DNA of 36,240 bases from an uncultured Actinomycetes bacterium (GTDB lineage Bacteria > Actinomycetota > Thermoleophilia > RBG-16-64-13): assembly GCA_963706025.1 (NCBI GenBank), contig CAVPLM010000022.1:1-36240 (forward strand). The letters run 5' to 3'. Positions within the stretch are counted from its first letter, which is position 1. Every line of letters begins with the position of its first letter. The translations under genes were made by a program, and so were the position numbers. The notes beneath the pieces are model-generated. The model saw nothing but the letters and a program-made list of their open reading frames with translations, made no database searches and had not been told where the DNA came from. Positions 1-10,032 of this stretch are shown here, piece after piece.

Positions 1-29
1 AAGCACCCACATATGCAGGGCTTTCTAGG

Positions 30-103
30 TGCGCCTGGCGCGACTCGAACGCGCGACCTTTGGTTTCGTAGACCAACGCTCTATCCAACTGAGCTACAGG
101 CGC
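30..103 (-). tRNA. tRNA-Arg(ACG)
   Basis: Reverse complement GCGCCTGTAGCTCAGTTGGATAGAGCG-TTGGT-CT-ACG-AA-ACCAA-AGGTCGCGCG-TTCGAGT-CGCGCCAGGCGCA folds as a cloverleaf. It is followed by CCT, so CCA is not fully encoded. Confidence 0.97.
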
Positions 104-107
104 ACAC

Positions 108-201
108 TGGCGGAGAAGGAGGGATTCGAACCCTCGAAAGGAGAATTCACTCCTTCACTCGCTTAGCAGGCGAGCGCCTTCAGCCTCTCGGCCACTTCTC
201 C
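108..201 (-). tRNA. tRNA-Ser(GCT)
   Basis: GGAGAAGTGGCCGAGAGGCTGAAGGCG-CTCGC-CT-GCT-AA-GCGAG, long variable arm, GGTTCGAATCC T-arm and encoded CCA. It lies 4 nt upstream of tRNA-Arg, the common Ser-Arg tandem. Confidence 0.97.
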
Positions 202-239
202 CTATGGGGCGGCGAGGACCGCCGTCTCAGCGAGCGATT

Positions 240-268
240 ATTCTAGCAGAGCGGTCATGGGGTGTCAG
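240..268 (-). promoter_or_regulatory. sigma70-type promoter of the tRNA pair
   Basis: Minus strand CTGACA (263-268), 17-nt spacer, extended -10 TGC-TAGAAT (240-248), about 40 nt upstream of tRNA-Ser. Confidence 0.65.
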
Positions 269-389
269 GGGATCCTGGTCCGTGCATGGCCGGGGCGGCG
301 CAAGGGTATATGTTATTGAGATCAAACTGGGACGGCCCGGCGGCGGAGCTGCCCAGCGAAATGCGTCGTTTGAGCCAAGGGAGGTTGCG

Positions 390-599
390 ATGAAGATCAG
401 TGCAAGGAACATGCTCAAGGGCAAGGTGAAGAGCGTGACCCACGGCGCGGTGAATTCCGAGATCGTCCTGGAATTGCCGGGTGGCGCCGAGTTGGTCTCG
501 ATCATCACCAAGCATTCGGCGGAGGAACTGAAGCTCGCGGTCGGTTCCGAGGCCTACGCGGTGGTCAAGGCCAGCAACGTGATGATCGCGGTCGACTGA
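390..599 (+). CDS. mop: Molybdenum-pterin binding protein (Mop/molbindin, single TOBE domain), 69 aa
   Basis: MKISARNMLKGKV...SIITKHSAEEL...AVVKASNVMI is the Mop signature. A GGAGG RBS precedes ATG390; the ORF-track start at 204 is over-extended. Confidence 0.93.
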   Translation: MKISARNMLKGKVKSVTHGAVNSEIVLELPGGAELVSIITKHSAEELKLAVGSEAYAVVKASNVMIAVD

Positions 600-621
600 G
601 CCCAGGAGTTCCTCGCGTCTG

Positions 622-1605
622 ATGCGCATCCTCGTGACCGGAGCCACCGGTTACATCGGGGGACTTATAGTTCCGCGGTTGTTGGAGCGTGGTCACTCGG
701 TGCGCTGCCTCGTGCGCGACCGGACGAGATTCGCCCGGGCCTCGGCGCCACCGGCCCCGTTGGGGGGCGAAAGAGCCGCGTCAACCGGCGAGGCGTTGTC
801 TGCCGCGATGCCGGGCTGGGCGGACCAGGTCGACCTGGTTGAAGGCGACGTCCTTGACATCGACTCGCTCGCTCCGGCCCTGGCCGACATCGAGACCGCG
901 TACTACCTCGTTCACTCGATGGGGGGCGGGTCCGGTCCCGATTTCGCCCAACGTGACCGTCATGCCGCCTCCAACTTCGTCCTGGTGGCTCGGGAGCAAG
1001 GCGTGGGGCGCATCATCTACCTGGGTGGCCTCGGCGACGAGGAGGCAGAGCTCTCCGAGCATCTGGCCAGCCGGCAGGAAGTGGGTCGGGTGTTGGCTGC
1101 CGGGGGCGTGCCCGTCACCGAATTCCGGGCGGCGGTGATCGTGGGGGCCGGGAGCATCTCTTTCCGCATGGTCCGCTATCTGACCGAGCGCCTCCCGGCG
1201 ATGATCACCCCGAAGTGGGTCAGCACGCGGATCCAGCCGATCGCCGAGGACGACGTCCTTCGCTATCTGGTAGAGGCCCTGGACCGGCCCGGGTCGGCCG
1301 GCAAGGTCATCGAGATCGGGGGGGCCGACGTGGTCACCTACGGCGACATGATCACCACATACGCTCGTCTCCGGGGGTTGCGACGCGCACTGGTCCCGGT
1401 GCCGCTGCTGACCCCCAGCCTCTCCTCCTACTGGGTAGCGCTGACCACGCCCATTCCCTCCTCGGTCGCCCGGCCGCTCATCGAGGGGCTCAAGACCGAG
1501 GTGGTGGTCAGAAGCCCGCTGGCCCGCGAGCTGTTCGAGTTCGAACCGGTGGGCTACGAGGAGGCCATCAAACGGGTGCTCGACAAGGAACCCGTGTTGC
1601 GCTGA
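622..1605 (+). CDS. Atypical SDR / NAD(P)H-binding protein (YbjT-like, no C-terminal DUF2867)
   Basis: ILVTGATGYIG Rossmann motif, YYLVHSM, IIYLGGLG, SEHLASRQEVG, FRAAVIVGAGS. Confidence 0.88.
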   Translation: MRILVTGATGYIGGLIVPRLLERGHSVRCLVRDRTRFARASAPPAPLGGERAASTGEALSAAMPGWADQVDLVEGDVLDIDSLAPALADIETAYYLVHSMGGGSGPDFAQRDRHAASNFVLVAREQGVGRIIYLGGLGDEEAELSEHLASRQEVGRVLAAGGVPVTEFRAAVIVGAGSISFRMVRYLTERLPAMITPKWVSTRIQPIAEDDVLRYLVEALDRPGSAGKVIEIGGADVVTYGDMITTYARLRGLRRALVPVPLLTPSLSSYWVALTTPIPSSVARPLIEGLKTEVVVRSPLARELFEFEPVGYEEAIKRVLDKEPVLR

Positions 1606-1692
1606 TAGCCCCCGGTCCTCCTGGTCGGCTCCGAGACCTACGCGGTCCCATGGTGGGGGTTGTCCTCGTCGCCGGAGGGGAGTTCCGCCTCC

Positions 1693-4563
1693 CTAGCAAA
1701 CCTCAGAGGCCGGCCGGGTCCGCGCTGTCCGGCGCTGGACCCATTTCTCGAGCTCCACGATCACGTGGATCGCCACCCCGACGCCTATCACCCAGCCCCA
1801 GGACTCGAGCGAGATCGGGGCGCTCTCAAAGAGCCGGTTCATTCCGGGGAGGTAGGTGAAGAGCAGTTGCAGGGCCACCATAAGGCCTACGCCGCCGAGA
1901 AGGAAGTGGTTGGTCCGCAGGCTGGACCGCCACGACGGCAACGTCAGCGATCGGCAGTTGAACAGGTAGAAGATCTCCCCGAACACGAAGACGTTGACCG
2001 CGACGGTACGGGCCTCGGCCACGGTGTGTCCGGTCAGTTGAGCGTATTCGAAGAGACCGAAGGATCCAGCCAGCAGCAGCACCCCGACGATGACGATGCG
2101 GCGGATCAGCACCCCGTTGAGGATAGGTGCCTTGGGTACCCGGGGTGGCCGGAGCATGATGCCGTCTTCCTTGGGTTCGAAGGCCAGCACGAGGCCCAGC
2201 AGGATCGCGGTGGTCATGTTGATCCAAAGGATCTGCACCGGCAAGATGGGCAGAGCCACGCCCGCGAAGATGGCGGCCATGATGACCAGGCCTTCGCCTA
2301 GGTTGGTGGGAAGGGTCCAGGCTATGAACTTGGTGAGGTTGTCGAACACTCCGCGGCCTTCCTCGACGGCAGCCTCAATGGAGGCGAAGTTGTCGTCGGT
2401 CAAGACCATGTCCGCCGCTTCTTTGGCCACCTCGGTGCCGGTGATGCCCATGGCTACTCCGATGTCCGACTGCCGCAACGCGGGGGCGTCGTTGACCCCG
2501 TCGCCGGTCATGGCTACCACGTGACCGCGGCTCTGCAAGGCGTTCACCAGGCGCAGCTTCTGCTCAGGGGTGACGCGAGCGAACACGGTGGTCTCTTCGA
2601 CCGCCTGAGCGAGATCGGCCTCACTGATCGCGGATAGTTGCGTTCCCGTAAGCGGCTGCATGTCGACGATCGCGGTGCATCCCGGCTTGCGCAGGTTAAG
2701 CTGATAGGCGATGGCGGAGGCTGTGAGGGCGTGATCACCGGTGATCATCTTCACCTGCACGCCGGCGGCATGACAGGCTTCGATGGCTTTGATGGCCTCA
2801 GCCCGCGGCGGGTCGATCATGCCCTGCAGGCCCAAGAAGACCAAACCGGTCTCCACGTGCTCGTGCGTGATCTCGTCGGTGTCGGGCGGGAGCTCCTTCC
2901 GCGCGAAGGCAAGCACCCGCAGTCCCTGGGAGGCCATGTCCATGGCCAACTGCTCCGCGCGCTCCGCATTCAGCGGCTGCAGTGAGCCGTCACCGGCCGG
3001 CTCCGAAGAGGACCGGGCCAGCACCTTTTCCACCGCCCCCTTGACATAGGCGATCCGGCCGCTCATGTCTATTCGATGCAGCGTGGCCATGTATTGGTGC
3101 TCGGATTCGAAAGGCACCGTGTCCAATCGAGGAAACACATGCTCCAGACCCTCATAGTGCAGACCGGCCTTGGCGGCAGAGACGATAAGCGCGCCCTCGG
3201 TGGGGTCGCCGTTGACGTGCCAGTGGCCATCCTCGAAGAAGATGGAGCTGTCGTTGCAGAGAGATCCGGCCCGGAGAGTCTCGACGAGCGCCGGTACTAC
3301 ACCCCTTCCCTCAGCGGAGCGCTCGCCCGGGTCCACACCGGCAGCCACATCGAGGTCTGCGCTTGGCTTCTGCGGGGCCTTAGCTACCAAGGTCCCGTCG
3401 GCGTCCATGATCGTGCCCTCAGGGGCATAGCCGCCGCCCGTGACGCTGTAAAGGTGGCCTCCGGCGGCGACCCGCTGCACGGTCATCTGATTCTCGGTCA
3501 AGGTGCCGGTCTTGTCGGAGCAGATGACAGTCGTGCTCCCCAGCGTCTCCACGGCAGGGAGCTTGCGGATGATCGCGCGGCGTCGCGCCATCCTCGACAC
3601 TCCGATGGCCAGCGTGATGGTCACCGCGGCAGGCAGGCCCTCGGGGATCGCCCCGACCGCCAGCGCGACCGCCGCTAGGAACATGTCCACCAGCGGTTCT
3701 CCGCGCAGCAGCCCGATGATGACGGTCAGGGCAGCCAGGCCGAGGATGATGTATAGGAGGAGCCGGCTGAACTCGGCGATCTTGCGGGTGAGGGGGGTCT
3801 GCAGCTCATGGGCCTCGGAGATCAGACCGGAGATCCTGCCCACCTCGGTAGAATCGCCGGTCATCACCACCACTCCGGCTCCTTGACCGGCTGTGGCCAG
3901 AGTGGAGGCGTAGGCCATGTTGATGCGATCGGCCAGAACCGTGTCCTCGGGCATCGGATCGATCCCTTTTTCCACGGGGACGGACTCGCCGGTCAGAGCC
4001 GACTCGTCCACGCGCAGGTCGCGGGAGTACGTCAACCGCATGTCGGCCGGTATCTTGTCTCCGGATTGCAGTACCACCACGTCGCCCGGCACGAGTCCGG
4101 TGGCCGAAAGACGGACCCGCTGATCGTCACGGACGACTGTGGCCTCGGTGGTCAAGGTGCGCGAAAGGGCCTCGATTGCCTTCACGGCCTTGGATTCCTG
4201 CAAGTAGCCGATAGCGGCGTTGATCAGCACCACCCCGAAGATGACCCCGGCATCGACCCATTCGCCCAGGGCGGCGGTGACGGCTCCCGCCACGATCAGG
4301 ATGATCACGAGGGGCTGATTGAACTGGGCCAGCACCCGACGCAAAGGGCCTATTCCCCTCTGTGGGGTGATGGTGTTGGGTCCGTACTGGAGCGTCCGCG
4401 CCTCGACCTCAGAGGCGGTTAGACCCTCATCTAGGTCGGTGGCAAGTAAGCGTAAAATCTCATCTGTTGTCAGCCGGTGCCACTGCTGGGCCGGCTGTGA
4501 TGGGGGCCCGGGCATGTCGTGTCCGTGCTCGTTGGTGGCCAGTAGCACGCGCGCCTCCGGCAC
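1693..4563 (-). CDS. P-type cation-transporting ATPase, P2A-like (CtpF/PMA1 group, probably Ca2+)
   Basis: DKTGTLT phosphorylation motif, TGES, PEGL, MITGD, TGDGVNDAPAL and about 10 TM helices. The true start may be ATG4515. Confidence 0.95.
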   Translation of the reverse strand: MPEARVLLATNEHGHDMPGPPSQPAQQWHRLTTDEILRLLATDLDEGLTASEVEARTLQYGPNTITPQRGIGPLRRVLAQFNQPLVIILIVAGAVTAALGEWVDAGVIFGVVLINAAIGYLQESKAVKAIEALSRTLTTEATVVRDDQRVRLSATGLVPGDVVVLQSGDKIPADMRLTYSRDLRVDESALTGESVPVEKGIDPMPEDTVLADRINMAYASTLATAGQGAGVVVMTGDSTEVGRISGLISEAHELQTPLTRKIAEFSRLLLYIILGLAALTVIIGLLRGEPLVDMFLAAVALAVGAIPEGLPAAVTITLAIGVSRMARRRAIIRKLPAVETLGSTTVICSDKTGTLTENQMTVQRVAAGGHLYSVTGGGYAPEGTIMDADGTLVAKAPQKPSADLDVAAGVDPGERSAEGRGVVPALVETLRAGSLCNDSSIFFEDGHWHVNGDPTEGALIVSAAKAGLHYEGLEHVFPRLDTVPFESEHQYMATLHRIDMSGRIAYVKGAVEKVLARSSSEPAGDGSLQPLNAERAEQLAMDMASQGLRVLAFARKELPPDTDEITHEHVETGLVFLGLQGMIDPPRAEAIKAIEACHAAGVQVKMITGDHALTASAIAYQLNLRKPGCTAIVDMQPLTGTQLSAISEADLAQAVEETTVFARVTPEQKLRLVNALQSRGHVVAMTGDGVNDAPALRQSDIGVAMGITGTEVAKEAADMVLTDDNFASIEAAVEEGRGVFDNLTKFIAWTLPTNLGEGLVIMAAIFAGVALPILPVQILWINMTTAILLGLVLAFEPKEDGIMLRPPRVPKAPILNGVLIRRIVIVGVLLLAGSFGLFEYAQLTGHTVAEARTVAVNVFVFGEIFYLFNCRSLTLPSWRSSLRTNHFLLGGVGLMVALQLLFTYLPGMNRLFESAPISLESWGWVIGVGVAIHVIVELEKWVQRRTARTRPASEVC

Positions 4564-4596
4564 GCGTGCCTAAGCGCAGGCCGGAATCCCGGCAAG

Positions 4597-4618
4597 CGGA
4601 GCTCCTCGAGGAGCTCCG
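4597..4618. terminator. Perfect 22-bp palindrome downstream of tatA (hairpin or operator)
   Basis: CGGAGCTCCTC-GAGGAGCTCCG, 13 nt past the tatA stop, with no clear U-tract. Confidence 0.45.
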
Positions 4619-4631
4619 GGTCAGCTCGTAC

Positions 4632-4940
4632 TCAGCTCTTGTCGGTCGTCTCGGTCTTCGCCGCGGTGTCGGCGACGGTGGCCTCGGCGGCAGTTGTCGT
4701 GGCGGCGGCCTCGGCGGTAGTTGTCGTGGCGGCCGCCTCGGCACCAGCCGGCGTGTCGGCGGTCACGTCCTCTTTGATAGCCGACTGCACGTCGTCTTTG
4801 GTCTCTTTCAGGCCTTTCTTGAAGCCGGTGATCGAGCGACCCAGCGACGAGCCGAGATCCGGCAGTTTCTTAGGCCCGAAGATGAGCAGGGCCAGAACGA
4901 GAACGATCGCGATTTCCCACGGTCCGATCCAACTAGGCAT
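4632..4940 (-). CDS. tatA: Twin-arginine translocase subunit TatA/E
   Basis: IGPWEIAIVLVLALLIFGPKKLPDLGSSLGRSITGFKKGL; GAGGAG RBS; Ala/Thr-rich tail. Confidence 0.95.
   Translation of the reverse strand: MPSWIGPWEIAIVLVLALLIFGPKKLPDLGSSLGRSITGFKKGLKETKDDVQSAIKEDVTADTPAGAEAAATTTTAEAAATTTAAEATVADTAAKTETTDKS
4681..4742. repeat. 27-bp tandem repeat (x2.3) in the tatA tail
   Basis: GCCTCGGCGG(C/T)AGTTGTCGTGGCGGC(G/C) at 4681 and 4708, partial copy at 4735. Confidence 0.85.
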
Positions 4941-5085
4941 CCAAACACACTCCTCGTGAGCACTTCCGAAATCGGAGGCAACGTATTATCTCACGGCTTG
5001 CGGGAGTCCGTCTCAATGGCGAACCTGACTGCACCGACCGCCGTGGCGCCTTGTGCGCCCGCGGGCCCGCCGCCGCGAGCTTCCG

Positions 5086-7406
5086 CTAGAACGAGTCTTT
5101 GAGCCGACGCCGGATGTCGACAGTGGTCACGCGCCCACCGAGGGTCTGTCCACTGTCTCCGTCTGGGACCGTCGACTGCCGGGGTCCGGCTATCTCCGAA
5201 GCCGGCCGCTGTTCGAAGAATCGGCGGGTCCCCTCGGGAAGGAAGCGCGTGAGCTGGGCGTACCCGTGTACATCGCTGAAGCTTCGAGGGTATGTGTAGT
5301 ACCTCAAGGGGTAGCACACGTAGAGCCAGTCCTTCGCCCGAGTAAGAGCCACGTAGAACAACCGGCGCTCTTCTTCGATCTCCTCCAGTTTGCCGGTGGC
5401 CATGTCGGAGGGGATGTTGCCATCGGCGGCATGAATCACGAACACCACGTCCCATTCCAGTCCCTTGGCCGAATGCATGGTGCTGAGGATGAGGAAGTCT
5501 TCGTCGAGCACGGGTGGTCCGGCCAGATCCTCGGTGTACGTGGGTGGGTCCAGGGCGATCTCCGCGAGGAAGCGAGCCCGATCCGGAAAGCGGGCGGCCA
5601 GCCACTCCAGTTGCTCCAGGTCCATCAGACGGGCACGGGGATTGTCGTAGAGACGTTCCAGAAGCGGCGCATAGAAAAGCCTGATCCGTTTGATCTGGGA
5701 GGCGAGATCACCAGGCTCGCGACTACCTATGCCGGTCATGAGCGACACCAGTCCCTTCCAGGCGCCGCCCGCAGCAGGGGATGGGGCGGGGTGAGCGGTC
5801 CAGGCGGCGAATCCGGCTTGGACCGGCCCGGCCCCGCCGGACGCGGCGGACCCGGCGTCGGCAGCCGAGGCGCCGCCCTCCGAATTGCCGCCCGGTGAGG
5901 CGCCGCCCGCCGCGGCCCCTTCGGACAGGCGGTCGAGGAGTGCCCGGGCCTTCTTGGGCCCGACACCGGGCAACAGCATGAGCACCCGGGTCCCGGCCAT
6001 ACGGTCCCGCGGGTTCTCCGCCAGGCGGAGAAACGCCATGAGGTCCTTGACGTGCGCCGTCTCTACGAAACGCAGCCCTCCGTACTTGCGGAAGGGGATG
6101 TTACGCCGGGTGAGTTCCAGCTCGAGGGCCAGGCTGTGATGCGAGGCGCGGAAGAGGACCGCCTGGCGACGAAGGGCCAGATTTGACTCCCGGTGCTCCA
6201 GCACCTGGCGGATGACCGCTTCGGTCTGTTCGTCCTCGTCTTCGCAGGAGAGCAGTTGCGGCTTGGCGCCGTCGGTCCTTCGGGACCAGAGGTTCTTAGG
6301 ATGGCGCTCCGTGGCTCCAGCGATCACCTCGTTGGTGGCGTCCAGTATGGCCTGAGTACTGCGGTAGTTCTGTTCCAGGGTGACGATGCTGGTCCCGGGG
6401 AACTGCTGGGGGAAGTCGAGGATGTTGCGCACCGTGGCGGCCCGGAACGAGTAGATGGCCTGGGCGTCGTCCCCGACGGCTGTGAGGTCCTTGCCGCCGG
6501 GGCAGAGCATCTGCAGGATCTCGGCCTGAAGCCTGTTGGTGTCCTGATACTCGTCGACCAGGACGCAGTCGAACCGGCTGCGGACGGCCCGGGCCGCGCG
6601 AGGATCGGTCAGCAGGCCGTGCCAGAAGAGCAGCAGGTCGTCATAGTCGAGCACGCTCTGCTCGCCCTTGTGGTCCACGTAAGCGGCGAAGAGACGGCGC
6701 AGGTCCTCCGTCTCGTCCTTGCACCAGGGGAAGTGCGTCTCGACCACCTCCTCCACGGGCTCGCGGGCGTTGACGCAGCGGCTGTAAATGTCCATGCAGG
6801 TGCCCTTGAGCGGGAAGCGACGGTCGTTCTTGGAGAGCCCCAGCTCGGTACGGAGGATTCCCACGAGGTCCTCGGCGTCGGCGCGATCGAGGATGGTGAA
6901 CGAAGGGTCGAGGCCGATGGCCCGCCCGTGGAGACGGAGCAGGCGGGTGGCCGTGGCGTGGAAGGTGCCGCCCCAGACCTTGCCCGTGGCCGCCGGGCGT
7001 GGCCCCGTGGACCCAGGGGAGGGGCACTGTCCAGGGGCGCCGAGGGCTCGAGGGCCGCCTGTGCGCTCTGCTCGCCTCCCCGGATGTGGCTCTGAGCGTC
7101 GCCCCGCCCGCCGGCCGGGACGCCGGCGCGGCGGGTCTCGGCCTCCAGCCGACGCAGGATGCCGTCTACCCGCCGAAGCATCTCGGCGGCCGCCCGCCTG
7201 GTGAAGGTGAGAAGGAGGATCCGCCCCGGGTCGGTGCCCGTGGCGATCTTGTAGGCGACGCGATGAGCCAGGGTGGCGGTCTTGCCCGTGCCGGCGCCGG
7301 CCACGATCAGCAGCGGGTCGTCGCCGTGCAGCACCGCCAAGCGCTGCTGGTCGTTCAATTCGGCAAGGATCGTCCCAATGGGAGTCCCAACGGGGATTTC
7401 AACCAC
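5086..7406 (-). CDS. UvrD/Rep/PcrA-family SF1 ATP-dependent DNA helicase, split by one frameshift at about 6990-7140
   Basis: The N-terminal frame has LNDQQ, AGAGTGKT and LTFTRRAA. The second frame resumes at KVWGGTFH and has VDEYQDTN, VGDDAQAIYSFR, NYRST, STMHSAKGLEW and EERRLFYVALTRAK. Pseudogene versus sequencing error is unresolved. Confidence 0.9.
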
Positions 7407-7622
7407 CTTGAGCTGCTGCCTCCCCTCTGTATCTTGGCCGACACCGGCGCCTGCCGGATCACGCGCGCAGCGGGCTCGGGTGAAACGAGCCCCGGCCCCG
7501 AGAGCGTCCGTGCGAGAAGAGGATACAGCCCGGGGCGGACGGACGAGCCGGCCGGGGGAGGATCCAGAGTGGTGGGGCCGTATCCAGCGCGTCTGGAGCG
7601 CCGGTTGCGTGGAGCTGCCCGG

Positions 7623-9200
7623 TCAGAGGAGCGGCAGCCTCAACTCGAAACGCGACCCCTGCGGTGAACTCTCAACCGTGACTGCTCCACCGTGGATGTT
7701 CATGGTGGCTTTGACTATGGCCAGGCCGAGTCCGCTGCCCGGGTAGGCCGACACGTTCCTGCCCCGGTGGAAGCGCGAGAACAGGTCTTCCAGATCGGCG
7801 TCAGGGATACCGATGCCCGTGTCTTTGACCCACACCACTGCGGTCCGGTCCTGGGTCTGGGCGCCGAGTATCACTGATCCCCCGGGCGGCGTGAACTTGA
7901 GGGCGTTGTCGACCAGGTTTCCCAGGGCCGTCTGCAGCCCTGCCTCAGAGCCCATGACCCGCAACTCGCCCGCGGGGAGGTCGAGCGCGAAGTCGATCCC
8001 CGCCTGCTCGGCTCGGGAGGCGGCGGAATCCGCCACCTGTCGGGCGAGAGAAACCAGATCGATCGGTTCCACGGAACTAGGCATGGTGCCGGTGTCGAGC
8101 CGCGATAGGAGCAGCAGATCGGTGGAGAGCCGGTCGATGCGTTCCGCTTGGCGCATGGCCCGGCCGATGAGCCGGCTCCGTTCGGCCGCGTCATCCTGGT
8201 TCTGCGCCAATTCAAGGTCGGTCTCGAGCGCGGTCAGCGGTGTGCCCAGTTCGTGGGCCGCATCGGCTACGAATCTGCGCAACGCCGAGACCGTGTGCTG
8301 CATCTTGTCGGCCATAGCGTTGAACGAGCCGGCCAGGCTGCCGACCTCATCTGCGCGGTCCACTTCTGCCCTCACGGTCAGATCGCCGTGGGCCATGCTG
8401 TCGCTGGCCGCGGTTATCGCCAGCAGGGGTCGAGTTAGACGCCTGCTCGTCAGCCAGCCGACTACGGCGGCCAGTAAGACTGCAGCAACGCCAGCCAACA
8501 GCCAGGCGATGAGCGCGCTCCGCAGAGCGGTGGAGCTGTAGGCCGGCCCCTCGGAAAGCCGCACGATGGCCACGGTCTGCCCATTGCCGGTCAACTGCGT
8601 CTCAATGGCGCGGTCCGACCGAGGGCCGTCCCCCGACCACCCGCCGCCGAAGATCCCCTGCCCCAGCGGGCTAGGGAGGCCATGCCTGCCCTTTCCTTCT
8701 CCCCGATGGGCGGTCCCCTCATCTTCTTCCTCGAGCTCATCTTCTTCCTCGAGTTCGTCTTCGCTCTCGCTTCCCTCGTCGCGATTCCCTACGATGCCGG
8801 TGGCATCGATGCTGCTGACAGGACCCGAATCGACCAGGAGCGTCCCCTCGGGACCGAAGACCCGTATCCTCAGCTGCGTGGAGAGAGCCACCGCCTGTAC
8901 CTGCCGCCGGGCGGCGGCTACCTCGGTCGCGTTTCCTGCGCCCGCGGTCGCGCCTCCGGCCGCCGACACCTCGGCGGCCACCGAGATCCAGTCCACCTCC
9001 GATAGGTCTTGTGCGGCCTGCTCGGCTCCGGCCTTAAGGTAGGAGGTCTCCGACCGTGAGTAGTAGTTGCCAAGTAGCGGTACCAGTATCGCCCCCAGCA
9101 CGAGCATCGTGAGCAAAGCCACGCCTGCGAAGCTGATGGGCAACTTGGTCTTCAAAGACATCCGCCCGATGCGGCCGCGGAAACGCGTCACGGCGTTCAT
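7623..9200 (-). CDS. Membrane sensor histidine kinase (HAMP-HisKA-HATPase)
   Basis: Two TM segments, HAMP (DEVGSLAGSFNAM), H-box FVADAAHELGTPL, N-box NLVDNALKF, DTGIGI and GSGLGL; ATGA overlap with the regulator. Confidence 0.95.
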   Translation of the reverse strand: MNAVTRFRGRIGRMSLKTKLPISFAGVALLTMLVLGAILVPLLGNYYSRSETSYLKAGAEQAAQDLSEVDWISVAAEVSAAGGATAGAGNATEVAAARRQVQAVALSTQLRIRVFGPEGTLLVDSGPVSSIDATGIVGNRDEGSESEDELEEEDELEEEDEGTAHRGEGKGRHGLPSPLGQGIFGGGWSGDGPRSDRAIETQLTGNGQTVAIVRLSEGPAYSSTALRSALIAWLLAGVAAVLLAAVVGWLTSRRLTRPLLAITAASDSMAHGDLTVRAEVDRADEVGSLAGSFNAMADKMQHTVSALRRFVADAAHELGTPLTALETDLELAQNQDDAAERSRLIGRAMRQAERIDRLSTDLLLLSRLDTGTMPSSVEPIDLVSLARQVADSAASRAEQAGIDFALDLPAGELRVMGSEAGLQTALGNLVDNALKFTPPGGSVILGAQTQDRTAVVWVKDTGIGIPDADLEDLFSRFHRGRNVSAYPGSGLGLAIVKATMNIHGGAVTVESSPQGSRFELRLPLL

Positions 9201-9925
9201 CCGGAGGTCGCGAGCCGGTAGCCGAGACCGGTGACGGTCAGCACCAGACGGGGATTGCCGGGGTCGAGCTCGATCTTCTCCCGCAGGCGTCTGATGTGCA
9301 CGTTGACCGTCTTGTCATCGTAGTAGTCGGCGGAATGACCCCACACCTGCTCCATCAACTGCCCGCGACTGAACACTTGCCCGGGATGCTGGGCCAGGAA
9401 CACGAGGAGACGGAACTCCGTGGGGGTGAGATTGATGCTCTTCTCACCGCGGCTGACTCGGGCGCAGGCACGGTCGATCACCAGGTCCGATACGAAGAGG
9501 AGATCGGCCTCCGCGGTGGAAAGCTCCCCGTACGCTCGCCGCAGCAGCGCGCGGACTCGCGCGATCAGTTCGCGCAGCTTGTAGGGCTTGGTGAGATAGT
9601 CGTCGGCCCCCATCTCCAAGCCCAAGACCTTGTCGACCTCGTCACCCTGGACGGTGAGGATGAGCACGGGCTGGCGGAGACCGAGGCGGCGCATCTCGCG
9701 ACAGAAATCGAAGCCGGAGCCGTCGGGCAGCCGGACATCGAGTATCACAAGATGCGGGTTCTTGTCACGAGCATAGGCGACGCCTGCAGTGCCGGTCGAT
9801 TCCCAGTGCACCCTGTAGCCTTCCCGCCCCAGGCCTTCGCCGAGACTCTCGGCGATGGCCGGATCGTCCTCGATGAGGAGGATGGTGGTCTCTGTCTTGA
9901 TGTCGTTGTTGCTGTCGGTGGCCAT
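9197..9925 (-). CDS. OmpR/PhoB-family response regulator
   Basis: LLIEDD, ILDVRLPDGSG, GADDYLTKPY, and winged helix LTPTEFRLL...VNVHIRRLREKIE...GLGYR. Confidence 0.96.
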   Translation of the reverse strand: MATDSNNDIKTETTILLIEDDPAIAESLGEGLGREGYRVHWESTGTAGVAYARDKNPHLVILDVRLPDGSGFDFCREMRRLGLRQPVLILTVQGDEVDKVLGLEMGADDYLTKPYKLRELIARVRALLRRAYGELSTAEADLLFVSDLVIDRACARVSRGEKSINLTPTEFRLLVFLAQHPGQVFSRGQLMEQVWGHSADYYDDKTVNVHIRRLREKIELDPGNPRLVLTVTGLGYRLATSG

Positions 9926-9969
9926 GCTCGCGAGGTTACCACGCCTCTCCGGCCCAGTTGGGTCAAGGA

Positions 9970-9999
9970 CCCGGCCGGGCTCCGAGGAGCCCGGCCGGG
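9970..9999 (-). terminator. 14-bp perfect inverted repeat after the PepSY gene (terminator/attenuator)
   Basis: CCCGGCCGGGCTCC-GA-GGAGCCCGGCCGGG, followed by TCCTT on the minus strand, between the PepSY gene and the regulator. Confidence 0.65.
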
Positions 10000-10032
10000 C
10001 GGACGAGGGAACTGGAGGTCGGTCTGTTTTAG

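Noticed and set aside
13-246. 77-aa plus-strand ORF
   Set aside because: It is the antisense of the two tRNA genes.
301-330. Possible ModE box upstream of mop (TATATGTTATTGAGAT)
   Set aside because: Only one TATAT half-site with no matching second half or dyad; more likely a -10 region.
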